Shown in pieces: positions 6,428 through 7,738 of a DNA stretch of 7,738 bases. Within the stretch, counting starts at the first letter, position 1, and the number at the start of each line of letters is the position of its first letter. Both the position numbers and the translations under genes were made by a program. The notes under the pieces are model-generated. The model did no database searches, had not been told where the DNA came from, and worked only from the letters and a program-made list of their open reading frames with translations. The DNA is from Amoeboradix gromovi X-113 (lineage: Eukaryota > Fungi > Sanchytriomycota), in NCBI GenBank assembly GCA_018985225.1, contig JADGIF010000494.1, positions 1 to 7,738 on the forward strand. Reading direction: 5' to 3'.

Positions 6428-7738
6428 ATGTCCCAAATGTCTGCGCTACTGGATATTCATTCTTTTCAATCTCCGGATATTGATAGTATTTCAGAGTTAA
6501 ATTCTGAAGAGATCAAGCTCGTTGTCATTTTATGTGGTTTGCCAGCTAGGGGCAAATCGTATATTTCCAAGAAGTTGACTAGATACCTGAACTGGATTGG
6601 CTCCACTAGCAAGGTATTTAACGCTGGAAACACTCGTAGATTGAATCAGAATCTTGCATCTAATTTCGAGTTCTTTAATTCAAGTGACCCTACTAGTAAA
6701 TCGGCTCGTGATGCAATCGCGATGGAAACCTTGAACGATCTAATTGTGTGGTTAAGTAAACCCGGACATAAGGTGGGCATTCATGATGCAACTAATACTA
6801 CAATTGCAAGACGTAAAATACTTTTGGAATTCCTTGCTGAATATGAAATTCCAGTTTTATTCTTAGAATCGATATGCACGGATGAGAAAGTACTAGAGCA
6901 AAACGTAAAAATGAAGCTAATGAGCCCCGATTACATCAATATGGACCCTGTAGTAGCCATGACTGATTTCAAACAGAGAATGGCAAACTACGAGAAAGTG
7001 TATGAGACAATTGGTGATTATGAAGAGCAACAGGAACTCAGCTACGTTAAAGTCGTAAACGTAGGTCGAAAAATCATAGCCCACAATATTCAAGGATTCA
7101 CCCCATCACAAATAGTTTTTTATCTTATGAACATTCATATCCACGAGCGAAGCATTTGGATTACACGACATGGAGAGAGTAAATACAACATAGAAAACAG
7201 AATTGGAGGCGACCCTGACTTGACGCCTTATGGTAAATCGTATGGCAAGGCGCTTAGCAAGTTTATCAGCGAGAAATATCAAAATGGTAAATTACTTGTT
7301 TGGACTTCCTTGCTAAGAAGAACTTTCCAAACAGTTCAATACTTACCGGATTTATTTGAGATTAAGACCATTAAAACTCTGAACGAGATATATGCTGGTA
7401 ATTGCGAGCATCTAACGTACGATGAGATCTATACCTCACATCCCGATGAAATCGCTGCCCGAAGGAAAGATAAATTAAGGTACAGATATATTAATGGTGA
7501 GTCTTACTTAGATGTGATTGAGCGATTAAGGTCAGTTATTATTGAACTTGAACGTATGCAGTCTGACTGCTTAATTGTGACTCATAATGCTGTAATGAGG
7601 ACTATCTTATCATATTTCTTAGGATTAAGTCATGAAGATATGACCAGTCTAGGTATTTAAAGTTAATGTAGATGTTCCGCTGCATGTCTGTTACAAAATT
7701 ACACCAAAGCCGTACCAAACTGTGCTGGAGAAGACATG
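6428..7738 (+). CDS. PFK26: 6-phosphofructo-2-kinase/fructose-2,6-bisphosphatase (PFK-2/FBPase-2 family); join(6428..7652,7672..>7738), 3' partial
   Basis: Kinase domain: GLPARGKS P-loop (6536-6559), DATNTTIARR, ESICTD, SPDY. Histidine phosphatase domain: RHGES (from 7166), LNEIYAG, GESYLDVIERL, THNAVMR. After splicing it continues LDVPLHVCYKITPKPY, the expected family C-terminal block. The symbol indicates family resemblance; orthology to PFK26 versus FBP26 was not tested. Confidence 0.95.
7653..7671 (+). other. 19-nt spliceosomal GT-AG intron (gtatttaaagttaatgtag)
   Basis: Contains the in-frame TAA (7658-7660); removal joins G|AT to give Asp and restores the conserved VPLH...PKPY frame; GTATTT donor, TTAAT branch-like motif, TAG acceptor. 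Confidence 0.85.

Noticed and set aside
7658-7660. TAA as the true PFK-2 stop
   Set aside because: It would truncate the phosphatase domain before VPLH...PKPY, which is encoded just downstream in another frame; the TAA lies inside the intron.

Overview
AT-rich eukaryotic genomic window, most consistent with a compact-genome, early-diverging fungus or close relative (inferred from gene content, not proven). It carries four intact plus-strand genes: an SDF2-type MIR-domain ER protein (331..972), two tandem paralogous Cys-rich single-pass membrane proteins (4423..4926, with a hevein/CBM18 chitin-binding domain, and 5053..5541), and a 6-phosphofructo-2-kinase/fructose-2,6-bisphosphatase (6428..>7738). 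The last gene does not end at 7660 as the ORF track suggests; it continues after a 19-nt GT-AG intron (7653..7671). The hexamer TACCCC/GGGGTA lies 17-26 nt before all four start codons and I found it nowhere else by eye. About 2.3-4.2 kb looks like a decayed gene, tentatively a Crinkler-like P-loop NTPase/nuclease. No rRNA, tRNA, CRISPR array or intact mobile element is recognisable.
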